DNA of 20,000 nt from an uncultured virus (IMG/VR IMGVR_UViG_3300044701_003393) (taxonomy: Duplodnaviria > Heunggongvirae > Uroviricota > Caudoviricetes), in the IMG/VR virus record IMGVR_UViG_3300044701_003393. One strand, 5' to 3'. Positions 7,053 through 15,091 of the stretch are shown here, piece by piece (the stretch's first letter is position 1; every line of letters begins with the position of its first letter). Both the position numbers and the translations under genes were made by a program. The notes under the pieces were generated by a model. It did no database searches. It saw only the letters and a list, made by a program, of their open reading frames with translations, and was not told the origin of the DNA.

Positions 7053-7421
7053 TCAGCGAAATTCAGAGAGACCATTATCTTGACGAGAGTAGTGACCGTC
7101 AAAGTGAAGAAGGAGCATAGCATAGTGAATGACTTTCAGCAAATCACGCTTATTGCGTCCATCCTTATCACCATAACGAGAACCATATTTTAAAATATTT
7201 GCCTGACAGAAACCAGGAGCAAGATCTTTTGCTGCCATCAGGTCAATAGTTTGAATGTCCCGATATTCTTGATTGTGACCGCAATAATGACTTCCATAAG
7301 TACTAGTCACATACTCCTGAATGTCTTTCAGGATTTTATCTTCGTTATATTTCCAAAGATGATTTGTTGTTTCACTCATAGTAATAGTAAAAGTTGTTTC
7401 AGTCATAAAAAGAGGAGGCAC
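7053..7421 (-). CDS. DUF3310/SaV-like protein (T7 gp1.7 nucleotide-kinase-related family)
   Basis: SHY...IQTIDLM...GFCQANILKYGSRYGDKDG...DLLKVIHY pattern. Start uncertain (GTG 7421, ATG 7406 or ATG 7379). Confidence 0.7.
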   Translation of the reverse strand: MPPLFMTETTFTITMSETTNHLWKYNEDKILKDIQEYVTSTYGSHYCGHNQEYRDIQTIDLMAAKDLAPGFCQANILKYGSRYGDKDGRNKRDLLKVIHYAMLLLHFDGHYSRQDNGLSEFR

Positions 7422-7434
7422 TTTTTACCTCCTC
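7407..7434 (-). terminator. Intrinsic terminator after cobS-like gene
   Basis: GAGGAGG-TAAAAAGTG-CCTCCTC-TTTTT. Confidence 0.65.
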
Positions 7435-7436
7435 AT

Positions 7437-7465
7437 ATTCTATCAGTTTGCTTGCTGTTCGTCAA
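7437..7465 (-). promoter_or_regulatory. Sigma70-type promoter TTGACG-N17-TAGAAT in the 3' end of cobS-like gene
   Basis: -35 at 7465-7460, 17-nt spacer, -10 at 7442-7437; positioned to drive the g45-g44-g62-regA cluster. Confidence 0.7.
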
Positions 7466-8561
7466 CGTTCAGTTCAGTTTGAACTGGCATCTCGAAATCA
7501 GCATCCACCTTATCATAGAGTTCAAGGAATGCTTGCTTAGTCTCATCGTCAAAACGATTGACGCACACTTGGATTGCTTTTCCTTTATCTTGGAAGATGC
7601 TGTAAGCACGGATGATATGAACCAGACGACGGGTGCTAATGATTTCCTCAATACCACCATCATAGAAGGTCTTGCGGATAATATCACCCCAATCGACCAG
7701 ACGCTTGCAGAAGTCACGGTCTTCCACACCCAGATCCAGAGCGATACCCTCAAGGATCTTCTGCTCCACGGAGGGAGCGGGATAGGACTGCTCGAAGGTC
7801 ACGGGGAAACGCTCTAGGAATGCCTCATTGAGGACATTAGTGCCGATGAAACGACCATCATCAGAACCCTTACCCTTAGTGTTTGCGGTGGCGATGACGT
7901 TGAAACCAGGAGCGGGTTTCACGAACTTACCAATCTTTTTCAGGAAGACACCTTTACCTTCCAGAACGGATTGCAGGCACAGGATTTTGTTAGAAGCAAG
8001 GTCAATCTCATCTAGCAGAAGAATTGCACCACGCTCAAGTGCCTCAATCACAGGACCATTATGCCAGGCAGTTTCACCATTCACAAGACGGAAACCACCA
8101 ATCAGATCGTCCTCATCAGTCTCAATAGTGATGTTAACGCGGATCAGTTCACGCTTGAGTTGAGCGCAAGCTTGTTCCACAGAGAACGTTTTACCATTAC
8201 CCGAAAGACCCGTAATGAACGTAGGATAGAAAAGACGGGACTGAATAATTTTTTTAACGTCGTTAAAATTACCAAACTTGACGAAGGTATCATCTTTATC
8301 AGGAATAAGGTTTTGATGAACTTCAGGAAGAACAGCAACGCTATTAAAAGTACGCTCAATCTCTTCCACTTTCTTTTGAGTTACTTCCAGATTCCACTTA
8401 CCGCGACCAATCTTAAAGTTTTCCAGTCGCTTGGTAACGGTGGGATAGGAAAGGTTTTTAGAAGCACAATAACCGCGAACATCAGCAGCGGTAAACTCTG
8501 CACCAAACGTGTTCTTGAGGTCACTGATGATCTGGTCGTCGGTCATTTGAATGCGGGACAT
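7443..8561 (-). CDS. cobS: CobS/MoxR-type AAA+ ATPase (cyanophage 'CobS')
   Basis: Walker A GLSGNGKT, TDEDDLIGG, Walker B LLLDEID, ATANTKGKG, NEAFLERF, ISTRRL. Confidence 0.9.
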   Translation of the reverse strand: MSRIQMTDDQIISDLKNTFGAEFTAADVRGYCASKNLSYPTVTKRLENFKIGRGKWNLEVTQKKVEEIERTFNSVAVLPEVHQNLIPDKDDTFVKFGNFNDVKKIIQSRLFYPTFITGLSGNGKTFSVEQACAQLKRELIRVNITIETDEDDLIGGFRLVNGETAWHNGPVIEALERGAILLLDEIDLASNKILCLQSVLEGKGVFLKKIGKFVKPAPGFNVIATANTKGKGSDDGRFIGTNVLNEAFLERFPVTFEQSYPAPSVEQKILEGIALDLGVEDRDFCKRLVDWGDIIRKTFYDGGIEEIISTRRLVHIIRAYSIFQDKGKAIQVCVNRFDDETKQAFLELYDKVDADFEMPVQTELNVDEQQAN

Positions 8562-8587
8562 AATGTGTGTTTTGTTTCAACTCAATC

Positions 8588-8643
8588 ATTATAGGGCAAA
8601 AAAAGGTCCGCTGGGACCCCTGGTGGTCAGTTCACCAACTGGT
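8588..8643 (-). promoter_or_regulatory. Non-canonical promoter module: CCAGTT-N4-AACTG dyad, hairpin/U-tract, TATAAT
   Basis: Dyad 8642-8628, hairpin GGTCC-CAGC-GGACC plus T7 (8618-8598), -10 at 8593-8588, no TTGACA. Duplicated with the same spacing at 11345-11399. Confidence 0.6.
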
Positions 8644-8812
8644 TCCGAAGTGTCTCCAGATACTCCTTGCTGCCGATGTGACCTTTATAACCAGGATAGT
8701 ATTTTTCAACAAGTGCAGGAATACCAATAGCAGTAGTTACGCTGCTACAAGCAACCCACACTTCTTTTGTGTCGTATTTAATAACGTGTTCGTAGGGAAA
8801 TTTTGTTTTCAT
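8627..8812 (-). CDS. Hypothetical protein (61 aa)
   Basis: ORF track; starts 3 nt after the upstream stop, co-oriented. Confidence 0.7.
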   Translation of the reverse strand: MKTKFPYEHVIKYDTKEVWVACSSVTTAIGIPALVEKYYPGYKGHIGSKEYLETLRNQLVN

Positions 8813-8815
8813 CGT

Positions 8816-9106
8816 TTATCGTCTCATTTGTTTTTCATAATTTCTGTGTGCTCTCTGGCGATGTGCTTCTGCCTCTGCAGGACTTTTACCAGATTTAGTT
8901 GCTGCAGCATGAGCTTCGTCCCCTGCCGCTTTCTTTTTAGCAGCGTGGTCGGCAAAATGCTGTGCGATTTTATTTTGTCTTTGAGTGTTAGTAATAACTT
9001 CGGCAGAACTTACTCTTTGCTTCACATTTCTTACTTTAGTGCGACCACTAGAAACATTTTCATCAAGTTGATATAACTCGCACATAAACTCTTGAAAGGT
9101 TTTCAT
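8816..9106 (-). CDS. Small basic protein with T4 capsid-targeting-like N-terminus; putative internal head protein
   Basis: MKTFQEFMCE versus T4 IPII/IPIII CTS MKTYQEFIAE. L-D-E candidate gp21 cleavage site at residues 14-16. ATAAATA late motif at 9133-9127. Confidence 0.75.
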   Translation of the reverse strand: MKTFQEFMCELYQLDENVSSGRTKVRNVKQRVSSAEVITNTQRQNKIAQHFADHAAKKKAAGDEAHAAATKSGKSPAEAEAHRQRAHRNYEKQMRR

Positions 9107-9126
9107 ATCTACAGATACTTTTTAGG

Positions 9127-9133
9127 TATTTAT
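9127..9133 (-). promoter_or_regulatory. Late promoter ATAAATA overlapping the vWA gene stop
   Basis: Motif 20 nt upstream of the ATG at 9106. Confidence 0.6.
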
Positions 9134-11322
9134 GCGACGAGTGAAATGAACTCACCAAGAACTTTTTTATTTAGTTTTTTAGTTTTCAGAGACTTCACAA
9201 AAGCAGATTTGATTTGTGCTTTAGAAGCACATTCAGCAACCTCAAAGTCAGCATCCTGAGAAAGTGCTGCTGCAGACATTCCAAAGTATGCATCATAACC
9301 AGAGTTGGTGATAATAAAACTCCTATTCTTCTTCCAGTCACTCTGGATTACATCATACTTCTTATCCTTCCAAGAATGATAAAGTTGAATGAAGCGATTT
9401 GCATCACGACTTTCAAGGACACGAATACCAATCAGATTAACAGAAGGAAACTTGTCCTTCAGGTTCTTCAAAAGAGTATCAGTATATCCGTGATAATCGT
9501 ATCCAAACTTGTAGTTCATACCAGTCTTCCTATCACGCAGGAAAGAGTTATCAGGATTGATATGACGGGTTCCAAGGTAGGGCTCACTTTCCCAACCACG
9601 CTTCACTTCAACGTGACGGGGAAGCGGAGGTGCTTCACCATCAGTCAAAACAATACACTGAACCTTCTGAAGTTTGTTTTGAGATTGAAACTGAGGAATA
9701 ATCTGATTAAGGCAAATCAGAGCCTCATTCAGAGGAGTTCCAGAAAGACACAAACGATTGGGATACGTATAAGGAGAGTGATAGGTGTTGTTAAAATACG
9801 CAGCAAGACGCCAAATGTTCTTCATTTGATTTTCCAGTTGCTTACCAGAAACTTTACTAGTAAGAAGGTTCATCAGAGAGAAACTTTCATCAATCGCAAT
9901 CACACTTTCTTTCTTCTCATAATGAGAAGTTCTATCGGAAGAAATATACTTACCAGTTTCATAGTCATATTCATAACGACGCCATTCATTTGTGAAAGCA
10001 TAAACCTCAAAAGGAATGGAAACCTTCTTACAGAACCAAATCAGGTTAAAGAGTTGCTTACAGGTATCCAGAAGGACATTCTGCATAGAACCACTCCAAT
10101 CCAGAATGAAGATAAGTCCGTGATTCTTACCATCAGGAAGAACAGTCACTTTCTTGAAAAGGTCTTCGCTAAACTTATAAGAATGAAGACGAGCAGTATC
10201 TAGAACACCTGTGCGAGCAGTAGAAGCACGGGAATAACTATCTGCTGCTTTACGGCACTCAAACTCCTTCACAAGATAGTTAACTTCTTTCTGAGCGGAG
10301 TTCTTGAACTTCTGAAACTCAAGGTCTACATTCTTATAAAGACTCCAAAGAGGTGCGTTATTTGCTTCATTCAAAGCATCCATATTCCTCTGCTGATGAT
10401 TAAAGCAGTCATCAAGTTCTTTATGAACCTCAGAGTTCTTCGCAATAATCGTCTCAAGATTGACTTGAGGCAGTTCTACATACACATTATCTTCACCGTG
10501 CTGATTTACCAGACTGCGAAGTTTATCATCCAGAGATTCTGCAGTACGAACTTCAGGTTCTTCCTGAGTGTTAGAAGGTGAAGTAGTATTTTGTTGACTT
10601 TGAGCGGGTCCTTCATTATCGCTATTCTCCTCAGATTGAGTAGATTCTGATTCGTTAGATTGACCCTCTTGCTCGTCCTGAGGTTGCTCCATTTCAGCAT
10701 CTTCACCATTAGGAGAAGTAGAAGCACTTTGAGTTTCGTGATTATCAAAGTCAGCAACTTTCTGCTGTTGTTGCTGTTCTTTCTTACAGTACTTATAAAG
10801 TTCCTCAGAAGCAATCAGAACATCTGCAAACGTTTCCGTTGCACCAATCAGGTCAACAATCTCCTTTTCTTCTGGAGTGAAATCCAGAGAAAGGAAGTTA
10901 CCGACTTTATAGTAAAGATTTACTTTATCAGCAAGATTAAAGGTAGAGACATCTTCACCCTCAAGTTGAAAGAAATCCTCCTCATTCAGTTCCTTATATC
11001 CACCAAAGAAAGTCTTAGCAAGACCAGCATACTTACGCTTCATCAGTTTCTCAACGCGAACGTCCTCTACGACATTCACAAACTGAGCGGGAACCTTTGC
11101 AGTCTCGGTCCAGTCCTCATCAGGCGTGAAGAGTGCGTGACCCACTTCGTGACCCACCAGAAGGTCGTAGACGGTCCCGCTAGCCTTCTCCCAGAGAGGC
11201 AGCGTCAGAACCCGCGTATGGACGTTAAAGCAGGCAGTCTCAACCTTTTTATGCTCCACCACAAGGTCTTCAGTCGCAAGAAGTTTCGCAAGTTGGGATT
11301 TGATTTCGTGGCGAACAGGCAT
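9130..11322 (-). CDS. HEXXH metallopeptidase-like + acidic linker + vWA protein (CobT-like partner of the AAA+ ATPase)
   Basis: GHEVGHA and NVVEDVRVE; E/Q/S-rich linker; MIDAS elements LDWSGSM, LSGTPL, LTDGE. Start revised to MPVRHEIK at 11322 because the 11349 ATG lies inside the -10 box. Confidence 0.88.
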   Translation of the reverse strand: MPVRHEIKSQLAKLLATEDLVVEHKKVETACFNVHTRVLTLPLWEKASGTVYDLLVGHEVGHALFTPDEDWTETAKVPAQFVNVVEDVRVEKLMKRKYAGLAKTFFGGYKELNEEDFFQLEGEDVSTFNLADKVNLYYKVGNFLSLDFTPEEKEIVDLIGATETFADVLIASEELYKYCKKEQQQQQKVADFDNHETQSASTSPNGEDAEMEQPQDEQEGQSNESESTQSEENSDNEGPAQSQQNTTSPSNTQEEPEVRTAESLDDKLRSLVNQHGEDNVYVELPQVNLETIIAKNSEVHKELDDCFNHQQRNMDALNEANNAPLWSLYKNVDLEFQKFKNSAQKEVNYLVKEFECRKAADSYSRASTARTGVLDTARLHSYKFSEDLFKKVTVLPDGKNHGLIFILDWSGSMQNVLLDTCKQLFNLIWFCKKVSIPFEVYAFTNEWRRYEYDYETGKYISSDRTSHYEKKESVIAIDESFSLMNLLTSKVSGKQLENQMKNIWRLAAYFNNTYHSPYTYPNRLCLSGTPLNEALICLNQIIPQFQSQNKLQKVQCIVLTDGEAPPLPRHVEVKRGWESEPYLGTRHINPDNSFLRDRKTGMNYKFGYDYHGYTDTLLKNLKDKFPSVNLIGIRVLESRDANRFIQLYHSWKDKKYDVIQSDWKKNRSFIITNSGYDAYFGMSAAALSQDADFEVAECASKAQIKSAFVKSLKTKKLNKKVLGEFISLVA

Positions 11323-11491
11323 CGGTTTTGTTTCGTATGGACCTATCATAAAACGAAAGGTCGCCTTTTGGGCGACCCATATGACGCTTTTTGAACTGGG
11401 CTAGTCGTGCTTTTGCTTGCCTCAGTGCTTGCGGTTTAAGTTTTCGTTTTTGTTCTTTTTTAGAATGGTGCTTCCAGTTTGGGACTTGCAT
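11270..11491 (-). CDS. Small Lys/Arg-rich hypothetical protein
   Basis: MQVPNWKHHSKKEQKRKLKPQALRQAKARLAQFKK...; starts just after the g46 stop. The C-terminal part runs through a promoter module and into the next gene. Confidence 0.55.
   Translation of the reverse strand: MQVPNWKHHSKKEQKRKLKPQALRQAKARLAQFKKRHMGRPKGDLSFYDRSIRNKTDACSPRNQIPTCETSCD
11345..11399 (-). promoter_or_regulatory. Second copy of the non-canonical promoter module (CCAGTT-N4-AAGCG, hairpin, TATGAT)
   Basis: CCAGTT at 11399-11394, hairpin GGTCGCC-CAAAA-GGCGACC-TTT at 11377-11356, -10 at 11350-11345. 43 nt separate CCAGTT and -10, as in the 8588-8643 copy. Confidence 0.6.
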
Positions 11492-11505
11492 TGTTCTTGA
11501 GTGGT

Positions 11506-13218
11506 TCAGACCACCATACGCGAGAAACCTTTGACTTTCTCAAACTTTATGACGCTTTCAAATTTGTCCTCTAAACCAGTCTTATGAGAAATGACGAATA
11601 TATTAGCATCCTTAATCACATAACGAATGATTTTGAGAAACTCTTCTGTACCAAATCCATCAAGTGAACTATCAAACACCTCGTCCATAATCAAGAGATT
11701 TGTATTTACTGAGTTTTTAAACCTTGCAACTTCTCTCCAAGTGAAAAGGAGTGCAAGGTCAATCCTCATTTTCTCACCCTCACTAAAAGATGCATAAGAG
11801 AAATCTTCGTGAATAGGTGATTGGACGGTTTCGTTAAACTCCTCATCAAGAGTAAAGTTAATGTAGAAATCCATCATCTGAAGATAACGGTTTACTTGCT
11901 GATTTATCAGCGGTAGATACTTCTTGATGATTTTAGTTTTTACTCCTCCGTCCTTAAGCAAACTATAAGTGAAATCGTAGTAGTTAACTGAGTCCTTTTT
12001 AGAGGCTAGTTCTTCGTATGTGGTTTGGAGATTGTTTCTGAAATTTTCTAACTTCTCATGTTCAGTATTTCGGTTTTCAAGTTGAGTGGTAATAGTTTGA
12101 ACTTCCGATTCAAGATCTCGGATTTGTCGTTGACATCCATTGATCTTAATATTATTTTGAGAAATTTCATTTGTGAGTTTTGTAATCTCCTTAGAGAGAG
12201 CAAGGAATTGACGCTCTCGCTCTTCTTCTTCTTTAATTGCCTCCTCCAGTTCTTTATAACCAGATTGCAACTCTTTTGCTTTATTTTGAGCGTCTGTAAT
12301 TCTATTTATTCTAAAGGTCTCGTCAATCTCTTGAGTACAAGTAGGACAAACCGTATTTTCAGTGAAAAACTTATGCTCTTTAGTAATCGTAGATACTTTC
12401 TGAGAGATCTTTCCTTTGAGATTTCCTAACTTACGAAGTTTATCGGAAGCACCAGTCACATACTCCTGCTCTTTAGTAAACTCAAATACCTTTTCTTCGG
12501 TAACTGAATTTTCCGTCATATGAAGTTCAATTTCAGACATTAGATCAGAAATTTTCCGATTATTGTTATTGATATTATCTTTTCCGCGATTTTCAAGTTC
12601 TTCAATAAACTCTTTTTGCATCTTAACTTTATCATTAAGAGATTCTTTCTTCAGTTCAAGAGTTTTGATTTCTTCCTTAACTGCACGAATCTTTTCTTTA
12701 ATTACATTATTCATTGAAGAAAAGATCTTGATATCAAGCAAATCTTCAATCACCTCACGACGATGAGCTGCAGGAAGTTGCATAAAAGGAACAAAAGTAC
12801 TGGAACCCAGAATCACAATCTGAGTAAAAGACTTATAGTTCATTTTAAGAACATTTTGCTCCAACCATTTCTGCTGATCCAAAGCAGCAGAAGATTGATC
12901 TAAGAGAGAATCATCACGATAAATCTCAAAGATATTAGGTTTAATACCCCGCACTACCTTCCAAGAAATATTTCCAATATCAAACTCAACTTCAACTCTA
13001 CAATCTCTATCATTTGTAGAGTTGATAAGTTGCGGTTTATTAATTTTACGGAATGGTTTCCCAAACAAAGAAAAAGTCAATGTATCAAGAATTGTACTCT
13101 TTCCAGCACCATTTGATCCAATAATAAGATTCGTTGAATTTTTTGTAAAGTCAACTTCCGTAAATTGGTTTCCTGTAGAAAGAAAATTTTTCCAACGAAT
13201 AGTTTTAAATAAAATCAT
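11506..13218 (-). CDS. g46: Recombination nuclease ATPase subunit (T4 gp46; Rad50/SbcC)
   Basis: WKNFLSTGN, Walker A GSNGAGKS, CPTC zinc hook, signature FSEGEK, Walker B LIMDEVFD. Confidence 0.97.
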   Translation of the reverse strand: MILFKTIRWKNFLSTGNQFTEVDFTKNSTNLIIGSNGAGKSTILDTLTFSLFGKPFRKINKPQLINSTNDRDCRVEVEFDIGNISWKVVRGIKPNIFEIYRDDSLLDQSSAALDQQKWLEQNVLKMNYKSFTQIVILGSSTFVPFMQLPAAHRREVIEDLLDIKIFSSMNNVIKEKIRAVKEEIKTLELKKESLNDKVKMQKEFIEELENRGKDNINNNNRKISDLMSEIELHMTENSVTEEKVFEFTKEQEYVTGASDKLRKLGNLKGKISQKVSTITKEHKFFTENTVCPTCTQEIDETFRINRITDAQNKAKELQSGYKELEEAIKEEEERERQFLALSKEITKLTNEISQNNIKINGCQRQIRDLESEVQTITTQLENRNTEHEKLENFRNNLQTTYEELASKKDSVNYYDFTYSLLKDGGVKTKIIKKYLPLINQQVNRYLQMMDFYINFTLDEEFNETVQSPIHEDFSYASFSEGEKMRIDLALLFTWREVARFKNSVNTNLLIMDEVFDSSLDGFGTEEFLKIIRYVIKDANIFVISHKTGLEDKFESVIKFEKVKGFSRMVV

Positions 13219-13480
13219 GAGTCACATTACTTGGAGGAATAACAATGTCATCTGGAGTAATTAATGTATATTGATATCCATGAAGTTCACAAGTTTTTAT
13301 CATAACTTCATCTTCAATTTCAATTACGTGCATTTCTGGATATCCATCTTCTTCTAACATCATAGCATATCGTGTTGCATCATCTTCTTCTTGAAAAAGA
13401 TAAAGGATATGTTCTCCCTCATCATCCATTACAGAATATGCACCTTCAGTTTCTCTGCCGTTAATTGTTAGAATAAACAT
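13205..13480 (-). CDS. DUF3110-like acidic protein
   Basis: EGAYSV...LYLFQEEDDATRYAMMLE...C...GY...IVIPP resembles the cyanobacterial DUF3110 pattern (recognised from memory). Confidence 0.65.
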   Translation of the reverse strand: MFILTINGRETEGAYSVMDDEGEHILYLFQEEDDATRYAMMLEEDGYPEMHVIEIEDEVMIKTCELHGYQYTLITPDDIVIPPSNVTHDFI

Positions 13481-14520
13481 TAAACTAATTCACATGCTTC
13501 TTGATAAACTTCTTGAAGTATTTTTTGAACTACAGATTTATCAAGATTGACTTCTGCCTCCTCAATATATCTATTCAGAATTGAAAGTGTATCTTCTGAT
13601 TCAAATGCTTCAAAATCTGCAGATTCTTGAATCTCAAAATTTTCAACAATCTTAAGTTCAGCAATATTAGAGGAATAAAGTTTATCAATGAACTTCTCAA
13701 ACTTTTTAGTATCTGTCTTTTTTCGGACAACAACTTTTACGATTTTATTTTCATAATCTCGCGTATCAAAAGTTTGATAATTAGTATCCTCATAGTAAAT
13801 GTTGTGGAACATTCTATAAGGATTATTGATTGGTTCGTGCTCTAGAGTTTCAGTATCAAAGATAGTAAACCCGCGAGTATCACCTACATCCGTCCAATAA
13901 ATCTCATAAGGATTTCCTAAGTAGAAGACGGTTCCATTAGTCGATCTAGTGTGATAGTGACCTGAGTAGACACGCTTAAACTTCTCAAATAACTTGCTAT
14001 CCAAACCATGTTCCATAACGATTTGTCGATTGACTCTAAATCCATGAAGTTCAAGGTGTCCCATCGCGCAAGGGCAAGTTGTCTTTTGAATGAGTTTGAG
14101 AGTCTTTTCTTCATTTTCCTGATTAATCCAGGGTATAAAAAGTACTTTGAGTTTATCCAAAAAAATCTCAGTTGGTTCCGAATAAACTGTTACATTATCG
14201 TACTCACGAAGAAGTAAATCCACAGCATTTACTTCGTTTGTATTCTTATAATAAGCAGTATGATTTCCTACAATAGTGTGAATTTTTACTCCCATTTCTT
14301 GGAGTCTATCATAGTAATGATTTTTAGCCCATGAAAGTGCTGAAAAATCAATACCTTTACGACTATCAAATGTATCGCCCATATCAATGACTGTGGTAAT
14401 CCCGTACTGTTCCAGCGTCGGGAAAAATACATCATTGTAGAACTTCAGAAAATAATCGTGAAAAAGTTTTGAGTTTTTTCTTGCACCGAAATGCTGATCC
14501 GTGATAATAGCGACTTTCAT
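13480..14520 (-). CDS. g47: Recombination nuclease subunit (T4 gp47; Mre11/SbcD)
   Basis: Metallophosphoesterase motifs TDQHFG, MGDTFD, VGNH, GHLE, SGHYH. Confidence 0.97.
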   Translation of the reverse strand: MKVAIITDQHFGARKNSKLFHDYFLKFYNDVFFPTLEQYGITTVIDMGDTFDSRKGIDFSALSWAKNHYYDRLQEMGVKIHTIVGNHTAYYKNTNEVNAVDLLLREYDNVTVYSEPTEIFLDKLKVLFIPWINQENEEKTLKLIQKTTCPCAMGHLELHGFRVNRQIVMEHGLDSKLFEKFKRVYSGHYHTRSTNGTVFYLGNPYEIYWTDVGDTRGFTIFDTETLEHEPINNPYRMFHNIYYEDTNYQTFDTRDYENKIVKVVVRKKTDTKKFEKFIDKLYSSNIAELKIVENFEIQESADFEAFESEDTLSILNRYIEEAEVNLDKSVVQKILQEVYQEACELV

Positions 14521-15015
14521 TCAATAACGAAGTTTAGAATGCACTGCATCTTTAATGCTATTATAGTCGCTGTAGTTGGATCCGTCAATACTGTTGTCAT
14601 CAAAAACCTCAGAATATCCTGAACGCTCAAGAATTTTGTTTTTGATTTCTAACTGACGCTTCTCTCTTTGAATACGACGAAGGAAAGCGTAGTGAATGAT
14701 TTGGGTGAAGTAAGCAAACGGGTTTTGTGACTTCTCAGGATTGAAGTTGTGAATATACTGAACGCAATTTTCAATCCCATCGGAAATCATGTCTTCCTTA
14801 AACATGTAATTTACAAAGTTGGGCTTAAAGGAGAGATGATTTGCGATCTTCAAGAAGCACTCACCAATGTAGCGGGGAATAGGGGGTTTTGGTTTGTCCT
14901 GAAGTTGTGCGATTTCAATATCCTCACGATACTTAATTAGAGCAGCAAGAAACTCTTTGTTGTTTACATAATGCTCTGACCTCTTTCTTTTGGTCATGAC
15001 TGCTGTGGTTATCAT
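14521..15015 (-). CDS. g55: Late transcription sigma factor (T4 gp55-like)
   Basis: HYVNNKEFL, YIGECFLKIA, DMISDGIENC, NPFAYFTQI motifs. Confidence 0.97.
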   Translation of the reverse strand: MITTAVMTKRKRSEHYVNNKEFLAALIKYREDIEIAQLQDKPKPPIPRYIGECFLKIANHLSFKPNFVNYMFKEDMISDGIENCVQYIHNFNPEKSQNPFAYFTQIIHYAFLRRIQREKRQLEIKNKILERSGYSEVFDDNSIDGSNYSDYNSIKDAVHSKLRY

Positions 15016-15040
15016 AAGTTTTTATCATTAATATGTAGGT

Positions 15041-15069
15041 ATTATAACACTCATAGAAATGCTTGACAA
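15041..15069 (-). promoter_or_regulatory. Sigma70 promoter for g55: TTGTCA-N17-(TGT)TATAAT
   Basis: -35 at 15069-15064; extended -10 TGnTATAAT at 15049-15041. Confidence 0.75.
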
Positions 15070-15091
15070 GACTCTTAAACCTCAGTACAAT
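15063..15091 (+). promoter_or_regulatory. Divergent (antisense) sigma70 promoter TTGACA-N17-TACAAT
   Basis: Perfect -35 at 15063-15068, exact 17-nt spacer, -10 at 15086-15091; no credible plus-strand ORF downstream. Confidence 0.65.

Noticed and set aside
7443..8561. cobS as a cobalamin-biosynthesis auxiliary metabolic gene
   Set aside because: No cobN or other cob genes are in the window; the sequence supports only a MoxR/CobS-type AAA+ with a vWA partner.
3162..11349. Longer N-termini given by the ORF track for g62 (3215), g44 (4952), ORF 5698 and the vWA gene (11349)
   Set aside because: The extensions overlap upstream genes or promoter boxes; downstream ATGs match family N-termini or coupling overlaps.
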